From IMG/VR virus record IMGVR_UViG_3300030372_002743, positions 1-24,265 of that record: DNA of 24,265 bases. One strand, 5' to 3'. Position 1 is the first letter of the stretch; every line of letters starts with the position of its first letter. The stretch is from a virus. Its lineage: Duplodnaviria > Caudoviricetes. A program made the translations under genes and the position numbers. The notes under the pieces were generated by a model. It did not search any database. It worked only from the letters and a program-made list of their open reading frames with translations, and was not told the origin of the DNA. This document shows, piece after piece, positions 1-8,835 of the stretch.

Positions 1-76
1 ACATAACGATATCGTTGTCAAAATTAGATATTTAGGTATTGATAACAGTTTAAGTTCAAACTAAAACCAAAAAACT

Positions 77-268
77 ATGTTTATATTTTATTGTAAAAAA
101 TGCAAAACAGAAAAAAAATTAGAAAAAGCAATTTTGCAAATTGTTGAATCAAAAGTTGTAACAAAAAATAGTGAGTGTGATAGTTGTGGTGATTACATGA
201 TAGAGGTGCAAAAAAAATTTAGTGTGCCTTATTTGATTAGAACTGAGCCAACACTTACTAAAAAATAA
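77..268 (+). CDS. small zinc-ribbon protein (two CxxC pairs)
   Basis: 63 aa with CKKC and CDSC; A-rich leader; TAATG overlap with terminase small subunit. Confidence 0.65.
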   Translation: MFIFYCKKCKTEKKLEKAILQIVESKVVTKNSECDSCGDYMIEVQKKFSVPYLIRTEPTLTKK

Positions 269-744
269 TGGCTAGAGGAAGAAAAAAAACCCCTACTGTA
301 TTAAAAGAAATGCAAGGAACAGCAAGAGCTGATAGGTTAGTAGTTAATGAAATGACCGCTGATCTTGTTTTACAATTGCCAGAGCCACCTGAATTACTAT
401 CTGAAATTGGTGTTATTGAATGGTATAAAATAACAAGTCAATTATTTAATTTAAAAATGTTACATCATGTTGACTTAAGTTTAATTTTAGCTTATTGTAA
501 TGAGATGGCTACTTACATAGAATGTGAAACTGAATTAAAAAAATCTGGACGGGTTGATACTTTTAAAAATACTAATGGTGATATTGTTAGAACTCAAGCT
601 AAGCCATTTGTAAAAATGAAAAATGATGCTTTGAATAATGCTTTAAAACTTGCGGCAAACTTTGGAATTACTCCAGTTGCTAGAGCAAACATATCAGCAC
701 CAGTAACAAATAACAATACACAAATAAACAATTACTTTGAGTAA
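268..744 (+). CDS. terS: terminase small subunit, P27 family
   Basis: N-terminal GRKKTPT..K...GT and C-terminal FGITPVAR motifs; directly upstream of large subunit. Confidence 0.92.
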   Translation: MARGRKKTPTVLKEMQGTARADRLVVNEMTADLVLQLPEPPELLSEIGVIEWYKITSQLFNLKMLHHVDLSLILAYCNEMATYIECETELKKSGRVDTFKNTNGDIVRTQAKPFVKMKNDALNNALKLAANFGITPVARANISAPVTNNNTQINNYFE

Positions 745-2281
745 ATATTACTTTGATAAAAAAGCCGCAGAAAAAGCAATAGGTTTTATTGAAACTTTTG
801 TAACTCATACAAAAGGTGAGCTTACTGGTCAGCCTTTGAAACTTGAAAAATGGCAAAGTAAAATTGTTGGTGACATATTTGGCTGGAAAAATAAAAAAAC
901 ATATCTAAGAAAATATAGAACTGTATTTATTGAAGTGCCAAGAAAGAATGGTAAATCAACCTTATGTGCTGCTATTGGATTGTATATGTTATTTGCAGAC
1001 GAAGAAAGAGGGAGTGAAATTTATAGTGCAGCTGGTGATAGAAGTCAAGCTGGTATTGTTTTTGAAATAGCAAAAGGTATGTTACAACAAAACGCAGAAC
1101 TTTCTCAAAGAGGAAAAGCATATAGAAATTCTATTGTTAATGGAACAAAGGGAAATTTTTATCAAGCTATAAGTTCAGATTCTAAAACAAAACATGGCTT
1201 TAATGCTAACTGCATAATCTTTGACGAATTGCACACACAGCCTAATCGTTTACTTTTTGACACCTTGACGACATCAACTGGATCAAGAAGGCAGCCATTG
1301 ACAATTGCAATTACAACAGCTGGTTATGATAAGCAATCAATATGTTATGAGATATATATATACGCAAAAAAAGTTTTAGAAGGGACAATAAAAGATGAAA
1401 GTTTTTATTCAGTTATATATGAAGCTGATGCTGATGACGATATTACTTTGGAATCTACATGGAAAAAAGCAAATCCAAATTATGGTGTTAGTTTGAAAAA
1501 AGAATATATGCAAAGAGAAAGTCAAAGAGCTGTTGATGTTCCCTCATATCAAAACACATTTAGAAGGTTAATGTTAAATCAATGGACTGATTCACATAGT
1601 GCATGGTTAACATCTGGCGAATGGAATGCTTGTTGTCAAGAATTTGATTATAGTAAACTAGAAAATTGTGAGGCTTGGGGCGGTTTAGATTTAGCCTCTA
1701 CGAGGGACTTAACTGCATTTGTATTATTATTTAATGTAGATGGTAAGTTTGTTTTTATTCCTTACATATTTATACCAGAAGAAAATGCAAAAAAAAGAAG
1801 TGAAAGAGATGGTGTAGATTATGTTGCATGGCTTAGAGATGGTCATGTTTATGGAACAAGTGGTGATGTTGCTGATTATAGTTTTATAAGAGCAAAGATA
1901 AATGAGCTGTCAAAAAAATATAGAATACAATCTATATGTTATGACAGATGGGGTGCTTCACAATTAATTGTAGATTTACAAAATGATGGTGCTACTTTAG
2001 ACCCATTTGGTCAAGGATTTGTTAGCATGAGTATGCCGACAAAAACCCTTGAAGCTGAAATACTTGCTAAAAATATTATTCACAATAATAATCCATGCAT
2101 GAATTGGTGCATGAGCAATGTAGCTTTGCAAGAAGACCCAGCTGGTAACATTAAAGTTGCAAAAAATAAATCAAAAGAGAAAGTTGACCCAGTAGTTGCT
2201 TTAGTAATGGCTTTAGGTTGTCATCTAACAACAGAGAGTAGTGATAGCGTTTATGATGAAAGAGATATTTTAGTATTATAA
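737..2281 (+). CDS. terL: terminase large subunit (HK97/cos-type)
   Basis: Walker A PRKNGKS, Walker B IIFDELH, ITTAG coupling motif, nuclease GLDLAS and KVDPVVALVMA. Confidence 0.97.
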   Translation: MSKYYFDKKAAEKAIGFIETFVTHTKGELTGQPLKLEKWQSKIVGDIFGWKNKKTYLRKYRTVFIEVPRKNGKSTLCAAIGLYMLFADEERGSEIYSAAGDRSQAGIVFEIAKGMLQQNAELSQRGKAYRNSIVNGTKGNFYQAISSDSKTKHGFNANCIIFDELHTQPNRLLFDTLTTSTGSRRQPLTIAITTAGYDKQSICYEIYIYAKKVLEGTIKDESFYSVIYEADADDDITLESTWKKANPNYGVSLKKEYMQRESQRAVDVPSYQNTFRRLMLNQWTDSHSAWLTSGEWNACCQEFDYSKLENCEAWGGLDLASTRDLTAFVLLFNVDGKFVFIPYIFIPEENAKKRSERDGVDYVAWLRDGHVYGTSGDVADYSFIRAKINELSKKYRIQSICYDRWGASQLIVDLQNDGATLDPFGQGFVSMSMPTKTLEAEILAKNIIHNNNPCMNWCMSNVALQEDPAGNIKVAKNKSKEKVDPVVALVMALGCHLTTESSDSVYDERDILVL

Positions 2282-2359
2282 AAATGTTAAAAAATAATAG
2301 TTAGTTTGTTTTTTTAAAAAAAAATTGCATTGTATTATTGTGAAAATAATTATTTCACA

Positions 2360-3538
2360 TTGACTTTACTAGAGAGAATAACTAACGTATTCATCCCAGC
2401 TAAAACACAAAAAAGAGATTTATCTCTTAACACTATATTTCCTGATGCTAATGTTTTTGATACTGACAAGGCTTTAACACTTACTGCTGTTTGGTGTGCA
2501 ATAAGATTATTAGCTGAATCTGTTTCATCACTACCTATTTCTGTTTACACAAAACAAGCAAATGGTGATAAATTAGAAGATACTAAAAGCCCAATTTACA
2601 AACTTGTAAAATTTAAACCAAACTATTATCAAAATAAAATAACTTTTTTTGAGTTTATTATGCTTAGTATTTGTACTGAGGGAAATAGTTATGTGCAAAT
2701 AGTTAGAAACAATTCTGGAACTCCAGTTCAATTAATATGTTTAAGCCCAAGTGATGTAACTGTTGTTGTAAATAACAATGAGCTTTTTTATCAAATAGAT
2801 GGTGGTGCTGTTTTAGATTCATCTGATGTTTTGCATTTTAAAACAATAACTGATGATGGTGTTACTGGATTAAGCCCAATAGATCAATGTGCAAAGGCAT
2901 TAAACTGGGGTGTTAGTTTAGAAGAGTTTGGTGCAACATTCTTTTCTAATGGTGCAAAGCCAAGTTCTATTTTACAAACTGATAGAGCATTAAGTGATAC
3001 AGCATTACAAAGATTAAAAAGTAGTTTTAACAATAACTATGCAAAACTAAAAAATAGTAATTCAACTATTGTGTTAGAGGAAGGATTAACATTTAAACCT
3101 ATTTCAATAAGCCCAGAACAAGCACAGTTTTTAAGTTCAAGACAATTTAGCATTGAGGAAGTGGCTCGTATTTTTAATGTGCCACCTCACATGCTGAAAG
3201 ATTTAAGCAAATCAAGTTTTAATAATATTGAAATGCAATCTCAAGAATATTTGACGTACACACTCATGCCTTATATAAATAAAATCGAAGCTGAGATGAA
3301 TCTTAAACTATTTAGAACTAATGAGTTGGGTAAAACATTTGTTGAGTTTAATGTAAATGGGTTATTAAGAGGTGATGTAAAATCAAGAACAGAGGCATAT
3401 AAAACAGCAATAACAAATGGTTATATGTCAATAAACGAAGTAAGACAAAAAGAAAACATGAACTCTATTGAGGGGGGTGATAAACATTTTATGCAAATGA
3501 ATATGACTACAATAGAAAAAGTAGGAGAGGATGCCTAG
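2360..3538 (+). CDS. portal protein, HK97 family
   Basis: AVWCAIRLLAESVSSLP, GLSPI, FFSNGAKPS, EEVARIFNVPPHML, LLRGD, SINEVR motifs. Start uncertain: in-frame TTG at 2360 (MTLLERI) preferred over TTG at 2330. Confidence 0.95.
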   Translation: MTLLERITNVFIPAKTQKRDLSLNTIFPDANVFDTDKALTLTAVWCAIRLLAESVSSLPISVYTKQANGDKLEDTKSPIYKLVKFKPNYYQNKITFFEFIMLSICTEGNSYVQIVRNNSGTPVQLICLSPSDVTVVVNNNELFYQIDGGAVLDSSDVLHFKTITDDGVTGLSPIDQCAKALNWGVSLEEFGATFFSNGAKPSSILQTDRALSDTALQRLKSSFNNNYAKLKNSNSTIVLEEGLTFKPISISPEQAQFLSSRQFSIEEVARIFNVPPHMLKDLSKSSFNNIEMQSQEYLTYTLMPYINKIEAEMNLKLFRTNELGKTFVEFNVNGLLRGDVKSRTEAYKTAITNGYMSINEVRQKENMNSIEGGDKHFMQMNMTTIEKVGEDA

Positions 3539-4622
3539 CATTCAATGCGATAATGGCAAATGGAAATGGGGTGAAAATGGCTCTTGCATTTATGATTCTA
3601 AAAAAGAATCTGATGACGCTAATAGTGATTACAGAGCAATAAGTGATATTGACTTTACACCTACGCAAGGCATGATTGATGAGGCTAAAAAAGGAAAAGA
3701 ATGGCGTGAAGAGTTTGGAAGAGGTGGAACTGAGGTTGGATTAAAAACAGCCAATATGATTATTAGTAACACTTTGACAGCCGATAGAGTGACAAGAATG
3801 TATAGCTATTTAAAAAGGCATGAAGTAGATAAACAAGGTGAAGGATTTAGCCCAGACGAAGATGGATTTCCAAGTGCTGGTAGGATAGCATGGGCTTTGT
3901 GGTCTGGGGACGAAGGTGTTAAGTGGTCAGAAAGAAAAAGAAATGAAATAATTGCAGAGGAAGAAAAAGATGAAAGAAATTTAAAAAATTATAATCAAAT
4001 GGAAAAAAGAATATTTAATATAGAAACAAGAGTTGATTCAACTGAGGATGGTAGAGATTTAGTTGTTGGTCATGCTAGTGTTTATGATTCAAGGTCAAAT
4101 AATCTTGGTGGCTTTTATGAATTTATAGAAAGAGGAGCTTTTAATGAAGAACTAATTTCTAACTCTGATGTTAGAGCTTTAATTAATCATGACCCAAATT
4201 TAATTCTTGCAAGAAACACATCTGGAACTTTAAATCTAACAGCTGATGAAAGAGGCTTAAAATATGAATTTGAAATGCCAGAAACATCTTATGGTAAAGA
4301 TTTAGCTATCTCAATGAAGCGTGGGGATATTACTCAAAGCTCATTTGCTTTTACAGTTGCTGAGGATGACTGGTCAACTGATGCTGATGGTAACAACATT
4401 AGAACAATAAAAAAGATTGATAGGCTATACGATGTTTCTCCGGTCACATACCCAGCTTACAACATGGCTGAATCTGATTTAGTTGTTGCTAAAAGAGGTC
4501 TAAAAGAATATCAAGAAAGTTTAGTTGAGGAAACTAAAGAAGAAATTATTGAAGAAAAAGAAAACAATTTAGTGAGAAATTCTCTTATCTCATTAAATAT
4601 TGAATTAAAAAAGAGAAAATAA
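3531..4622 (+). CDS. prohead protease (HK97/S78 type) with ~155-aa N-terminal extension
   Basis: C-terminal half has GHASVYD, LINHD (His), RGDITQSSFAF (Ser), LYDVSPVTYPAY; lies between portal and capsid. Confidence 0.93.
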   Translation: MPSIQCDNGKWKWGENGSCIYDSKKESDDANSDYRAISDIDFTPTQGMIDEAKKGKEWREEFGRGGTEVGLKTANMIISNTLTADRVTRMYSYLKRHEVDKQGEGFSPDEDGFPSAGRIAWALWSGDEGVKWSERKRNEIIAEEEKDERNLKNYNQMEKRIFNIETRVDSTEDGRDLVVGHASVYDSRSNNLGGFYEFIERGAFNEELISNSDVRALINHDPNLILARNTSGTLNLTADERGLKYEFEMPETSYGKDLAISMKRGDITQSSFAFTVAEDDWSTDADGNNIRTIKKIDRLYDVSPVTYPAYNMAESDLVVAKRGLKEYQESLVEETKEEIIEEKENNLVRNSLISLNIELKKRK

Positions 4623-4639
4623 AATTAAAAAATTATAAA

Positions 4640-5857
4640 ATGAAAACATCAATTATTTTAAAAGAGGAAAGATCAGACATTATTTCTCAGTTGGAAAACA
4701 TTAAAGATGTTGCTACAACTGAGGAAAGAGATTTGACCTCTGACGAAAACAGTCAAGTTGATGGGTTATTAACAGAAGTTGATAATCTTGATTCTAAGAT
4801 TGAAAGAGCTGAAAAAATGGAAACTATCAAGCGTAATGCTGCTGTTGTTTCTGGAGTTACAAGTACAAAAGTAGAAAAAGAAGTAAGAGATTACTCTTTT
4901 CAAGATGCTTTAGCACAAGCTGCAAATGGCAGAATAGAAGGACTTGTCAAAGAAATGGACCAAGAAGCTAGAAATGAATCTAGATATACTGGTCAATCTT
5001 ACAAAGGAATTGGTATTCCTTCAAGCATATTAACTAGAGCTGCTGTTGGAACTGCTGCTGGAAATGCAACTCAAGTAATGGCATGGACTGACCAATTAGA
5101 AGCAAACTTAGTAATGGCATCTGCTGGAGCTAATTTTTATTCTGGAGTTAACAATATGAAATTCCCAGTATTTTCATCTATTAATTCTGGATTCGTTGCT
5201 GAAACTGGAGGCTCTGCTCCGGCGGCTAATGGAACTGCAACATCATTAACATTAAGCCCAAAGAAATGTATTTCTATTGTAAATGTATCTGCTGAAGCTA
5301 TTGCTCAAAATGCATCTATTGAAGCTGCATTAAGAAGAAACATGGCACAATCAGTTGCTGCAACTATGGAATCAGCATTTTTAGCTACCTCTGATGTTTC
5401 TAATGCACCAACATCTTTACTTGCTGATGCAACATCTGTTGCAACATCTGCAATTTCTGTGGCTAACGTTGAGAAAATGGAAACTGATGCATTAGCTGCT
5501 GACGTTAATTTAGAAGGAGCAAGAATGGCTTACATTATGAATCCAGCTGCTTATGCTGATGTAAAAAACTTAGCTCAAGTTGCTTCTGTTTCTGCATTGT
5601 ATGATCATGCTGATAAGAGATTAAATGGATATTTTTCATTTATAACATCAAACCTAAATTCTGGTGGAACAGCTTCTAAAACTGCGGCTTTATTTGGTGA
5701 CTTTTCTAAAGTTCACATTGCTCAGTTTGGTGGTTTAGATGTAATTTATGACATTTACTCTGGTGCTGGAACTGGTGAGCCAAGATATGTACTAACATCT
5801 CTTGTTGATGCTGGAGCAGTACAAGCAAGTACTTTCCAAAGTAACGTAGAGGCTTAG
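4640..5857 (+). CDS. major capsid protein, HK97 fold
   Basis: 405 aa; N-terminal coiled-coil delta-like domain; LTLSPKK, YIMNP, LFGDFS motifs; position; followed by terminator. Confidence 0.93.
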   Translation: MKTSIILKEERSDIISQLENIKDVATTEERDLTSDENSQVDGLLTEVDNLDSKIERAEKMETIKRNAAVVSGVTSTKVEKEVRDYSFQDALAQAANGRIEGLVKEMDQEARNESRYTGQSYKGIGIPSSILTRAAVGTAAGNATQVMAWTDQLEANLVMASAGANFYSGVNNMKFPVFSSINSGFVAETGGSAPAANGTATSLTLSPKKCISIVNVSAEAIAQNASIEAALRRNMAQSVAATMESAFLATSDVSNAPTSLLADATSVATSAISVANVEKMETDALAADVNLEGARMAYIMNPAAYADVKNLAQVASVSALYDHADKRLNGYFSFITSNLNSGGTASKTAALFGDFSKVHIAQFGGLDVIYDIYSGAGTGEPRYVLTSLVDAGAVQASTFQSNVEA

Positions 5858-5874
5858 TATTAATACTTAATTTT

Positions 5875-5911
5875 AAAAAGGGGTGGTGGACTTACCATCA
5901 TCCCTTTTTTT
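5875..5911 (+). terminator. intrinsic terminator after capsid gene
   Basis: AAAAA-GGGGTGGTGG-ACTTA-CCATCATCCC-TTTTTTT; 10-bp stem with two G:U pairs and a U tract. Confidence 0.85.
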
Positions 5912-5924
5912 ATAACTAAATAAT

Positions 5925-6503
5925 ATGAAAACATATCAAGTAATAACAGCGGCAAGTACATTTCCAGTAAGTTTAACAGAGGCTAAAAGTCATTTAAAAG
6001 TTGATACAAGTGCTGATGATACTTATATTGAATCTATTATAAAAGCTGCAACTCAATTAACTGAAGAGTACACAAATAGATTTTTTATAAATACAGTAAT
6101 TCAACAATATGCTAGTAGTTTTGCTGAATTACAAACTTTATTTAAAAGTAAAGTTAATTCAGTTGATAGTGTTTTATATTACGATAGTGATAATAGCTTA
6201 CAAACATTAAGTGCTAGTGTTTATGATACTCAATTAAATTATGAGCCATCACAAATACAATTAGCTGATGGGCAAAGTTTTCCAAGCATAACAAAAAGAA
6301 ATGATGCTGTTAGAGTAAGATACACAGTTGGTTATGGAAGTTCAGCTAGTGATGTTCCAGAAATTATAAAACAAGCTATTCTTTTGACAATTGGAAATTT
6401 TTATCAAAATAGAGCAAGTGTAATAACTGGTAAAACTGCAACTGAATTGCCAATGAATGTTAAATGGTTGCTTGATACTTATAAAGTACAAATAGTAGGA
6501 TGA
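5925..6503 (+). CDS. head-tail connector (gp6 / phiE125 gp8-like)
   Basis: PVSLTEAKSHLKVD, YTVGYG, VPEIIKQAILLTIGNFYQNR motifs. Confidence 0.9.
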   Translation: MKTYQVITAASTFPVSLTEAKSHLKVDTSADDTYIESIIKAATQLTEEYTNRFFINTVIQQYASSFAELQTLFKSKVNSVDSVLYYDSDNSLQTLSASVYDTQLNYEPSQIQLADGQSFPSITKRNDAVRVRYTVGYGSSASDVPEIIKQAILLTIGNFYQNRASVITGKTATELPMNVKWLLDTYKVQIVG

Positions 6504-6826
6504 CAATAGGCGAATTAGATAGAAGAGTTGAAATACACAATGTTAGCACCTCAGCTAATAGCTATGGTGAACTAACAAGAAGTTACTCTTTATTTCGTAC
6601 AGTTTGGGCTGCAATAGAATGGAAAGGCGGGAGTGAAGGTGTTGATCAATCAGAAAAAATAACTGGAATGACTAAGTTGCATATTTATATTAGAAACTTA
6701 GATATGAGCAATTTGTCTTTGCAATCAAGATTAACTTATGAAAGCAAGTATTACTTTCCTAAAGTAATTAATCAAATAGATGGTAGAACTGCATTTTTAG
6801 AAATAATTTGTGAAAATAAAGATTAA
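6500..6826 (+). CDS. head closure / head-tail adaptor (SPP1 gp16-like)
   Basis: IGELDRRVEI, TVWAAI, terminal LEIIC; size and position. Confidence 0.88.
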   Translation: MTIGELDRRVEIHNVSTSANSYGELTRSYSLFRTVWAAIEWKGGSEGVDQSEKITGMTKLHIYIRNLDMSNLSLQSRLTYESKYYFPKVINQIDGRTAFLEIICENKD

Positions 6827-7383
6827 TGGCTTTATACGAAAACAATAATAGTATCAAAATGTTTGGCGTTAAAGAATTAAATGATATGTTTAATGATGTG
6901 CCAAAGCAAATAAATAAAGATGCTTTATGGTCACATTTTTTTAACAAAATATCTAAGCCTTTAAGAGATAAGGCAAAACAAAAAGCTGATGCTATTTCAG
7001 CAAAGAGTAAAAATGGAACTGGTCAATTAGGAAAAAGTATTGGTTTTTTTAGAACAAGAGCAAGTAAAAAATTTAAAGGAGGCTATGTTGGACCAAGAGT
7101 AAAAGGTAGATTTGCAAAAAAAACAGAAGGTTATAAAGGAAGTAATAAAAAGAAAATGTATTCTTTAAGTGGTTTTTATGGAGCATGGATTGAATATGGA
7201 AAAGAAGTTAAGTTTGGCGGCAAAGGATTTGGAAAAAAAAGCCAACCTTTTATGCAACCAGCTTTTGCAGAAACAAAAAATATTATGATGAATAGAGCAA
7301 TGAAAGACGCAGAAGAAGTTGTTGCAAGAGCAATAAAAAGGCATGAAAAAAGATTGCAAAAATATGGTAAATATGGATATTAA
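6826..7383 (+). CDS. HK97 gp10-like neck/tail completion protein
   Basis: TGQLGKSI, WIEYG, QPFMQPAF motifs; basic protein. Confidence 0.82.
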   Translation: MALYENNNSIKMFGVKELNDMFNDVPKQINKDALWSHFFNKISKPLRDKAKQKADAISAKSKNGTGQLGKSIGFFRTRASKKFKGGYVGPRVKGRFAKKTEGYKGSNKKKMYSLSGFYGAWIEYGKEVKFGGKGFGKKSQPFMQPAFAETKNIMMNRAMKDAEEVVARAIKRHEKRLQKYGKYGY

Positions 7384-7386
7384 AAA

Positions 7387-7803
7387 ATGCAAATAGGAAA
7401 ATCAATATATAATATTTTATATAATGGAGGTAGCGGTGATGTTTTTGACTTAGTAGGAACAAGAATATTTCCTAATGTCGCACCACAAACAACACAATTT
7501 CCTTTTATAATTTATGATGTAACTGGTGTGCAGCCTAATGATACAAAAGATGGGACATCAACATTAGATACAAATAGTGTTATGATTTCTTGTTATAGTG
7601 AAACTTATTCACAAGCATCTGATTTAGCTCAAAAAGTTAGAGTTGCAATGGATAGAATTAATGAAGGAACTTATGGAGGCGAACAAATACAATCAAGTCA
7701 ATTTCAAAGTTACAATGATATTTTTGACGATACTAGCGGTGATGCTGGAATTTATAGAAAGGCTTTAGATTTTGAGATTAGACAAATTAATCCAACAAGT
7801 TAA
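7387..7803 (+). CDS. tail terminator / completion protein (DUF3168-like)
   Basis: LVGTRIFP, FPFIIY, TYSQASDLAQKVRVAM; upstream of tail tube. Confidence 0.82.
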   Translation: MQIGKSIYNILYNGGSGDVFDLVGTRIFPNVAPQTTQFPFIIYDVTGVQPNDTKDGTSTLDTNSVMISCYSETYSQASDLAQKVRVAMDRINEGTYGGEQIQSSQFQSYNDIFDDTSGDAGIYRKALDFEIRQINPTS

Positions 7804-7814
7804 ATAAATAAATT

Positions 7815-7985
7815 ATGAAAATAAAATTAAGTAAAAATTGGAGGCATTCTGGTCAAGTAATAATGGCTGGAACTGAAATAGAAATAAAAAATGAAGAAAC
7901 TATTGCTTTTTTAAAAGATAATGGTTACTTAAAAGAAAAAAAAGAAAAAAAGGCAAAAAAAAAAATTGCCGAAGAAAATAATTAA
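7815..7985 (+). CDS. small hypothetical protein, 56 aa (not in ORF track)
   Basis: Hand translation MKIKLSKNWRHSGQVIMAGTEIEIKNEETIAFLKDNGYLKEKKEKKAKKKIAEENN; fills the gap and has an A-rich leader. Confidence 0.75.
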   Translation: MKIKLSKNWRHSGQVIMAGTEIEIKNEETIAFLKDNGYLKEKKEKKAKKKIAEENN

Positions 7986-8007
7986 TTAATATAAAAAATA
8001 AAAAGAA

Positions 8008-8439
8008 ATGGCTATTTTAAATGGAACTGAATTGAAAGTTTATAGTGCTGGGACAACTAATCTTGTTGCCTTTGCTCAAAACTGTACTCTGAATGTAAAT
8101 CATTCACCAAGAGAAATTACAAACAAAGAAAGTGGTGGATTTAAAGAAATCTTAGAAGGATTAAGAGATTTCTCTATTGATGTTGATGGTGCTTATGCTT
8201 GGACTAATGCAGCTGGTGCTGCTTTAACAAATGGAGTAGATGATACTTTAGAAACTAATGTTTTAAATGCAAGACAAGCTGTAACATTTATATTTGGTGA
8301 TACTACAACAACATCTGATGTAAGTTATTCTGGAAGTGGTTTTATCACATCTGTAAGTTTTACTGGTGGAACTGAAGACACAGCTACTTATAGTTTGACA
8401 ATAGAGGGTACTGGTGTTTTAACTCAAGCAATACAATAA
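8008..8439 (+). CDS. major tail tube protein (TP901-1-like)
   Basis: EITNKESGGFKEILEGLRDFSI, YSGSGFITS, ATYSLTIEGTG motifs. Confidence 0.9.
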   Translation: MAILNGTELKVYSAGTTNLVAFAQNCTLNVNHSPREITNKESGGFKEILEGLRDFSIDVDGAYAWTNAAGAALTNGVDDTLETNVLNARQAVTFIFGDTTTTSDVSYSGSGFITSVSFTGGTEDTATYSLTIEGTGVLTQAIQ

Positions 8440-8442
8440 CAA

Positions 8443-8509
8443 TTTAGGTGAAGAGCTTTGATACTTTTGTTTAGTATCATTGCTCTGATCCTTACTAAAC
8501 TAAACAAAA
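8443..8509 (+). promoter_or_regulatory. structured RNA leader (hairpin / possible pseudoknot) before tail chaperone
   Basis: AGAGC-TT-TGATACT-(TTTGTTT)-AGTATCA-TT-GCTCT at 8452-8486; 8465-8475 is complementary to 8499-8509. Confidence 0.55.
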
Positions 8510-8835
8510 TGAATTATACTTTTATAGAAATAAATAAAAAAAAATTACCTATTAAATTTGGTTTTAATGCTTTGCGTAAATACAGCTCAAAAACAAATAC
8601 TAAGTTACAAGATTTAGATAAACTTGGTGTTGACATGACTTTAGATAATGCTTTAACTCTTATTTATTGTGGCATTGAGGATGGTTATAGAGCATCAAAG
8701 CAAGAATGCAAATTAACAGTTGATGATTTAGCTGATTTAATAGATGGTGATTTTGATAGTATTGGTAAAGCTATGGAAATTTTAGCTGAACAAATGGGAG
8801 GTAGAAACGAAAAAAAGCCGAAAGCCAAGAAGTAA
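8509..8835 (+). CDS. tail assembly chaperone (gpG-like)
   Basis: Between tail tube and tape measure; LPIKFGFNAL; ATG at 8509 preferred over TTG at 8458. Confidence 0.85.
   Translation: MNYTFIEINKKKLPIKFGFNALRKYSSKTNTKLQDLDKLGVDMTLDNALTLIYCGIEDGYRASKQECKLTVDDLADLIDGDFDSIGKAMEILAEQMGGRNEKKPKAKK

Noticed and set aside
5856-5867. 12-bp palindrome AGTATTAATACT after the capsid stop
   Set aside because: Short and AT-rich with no second copy noticed; plausible by chance.
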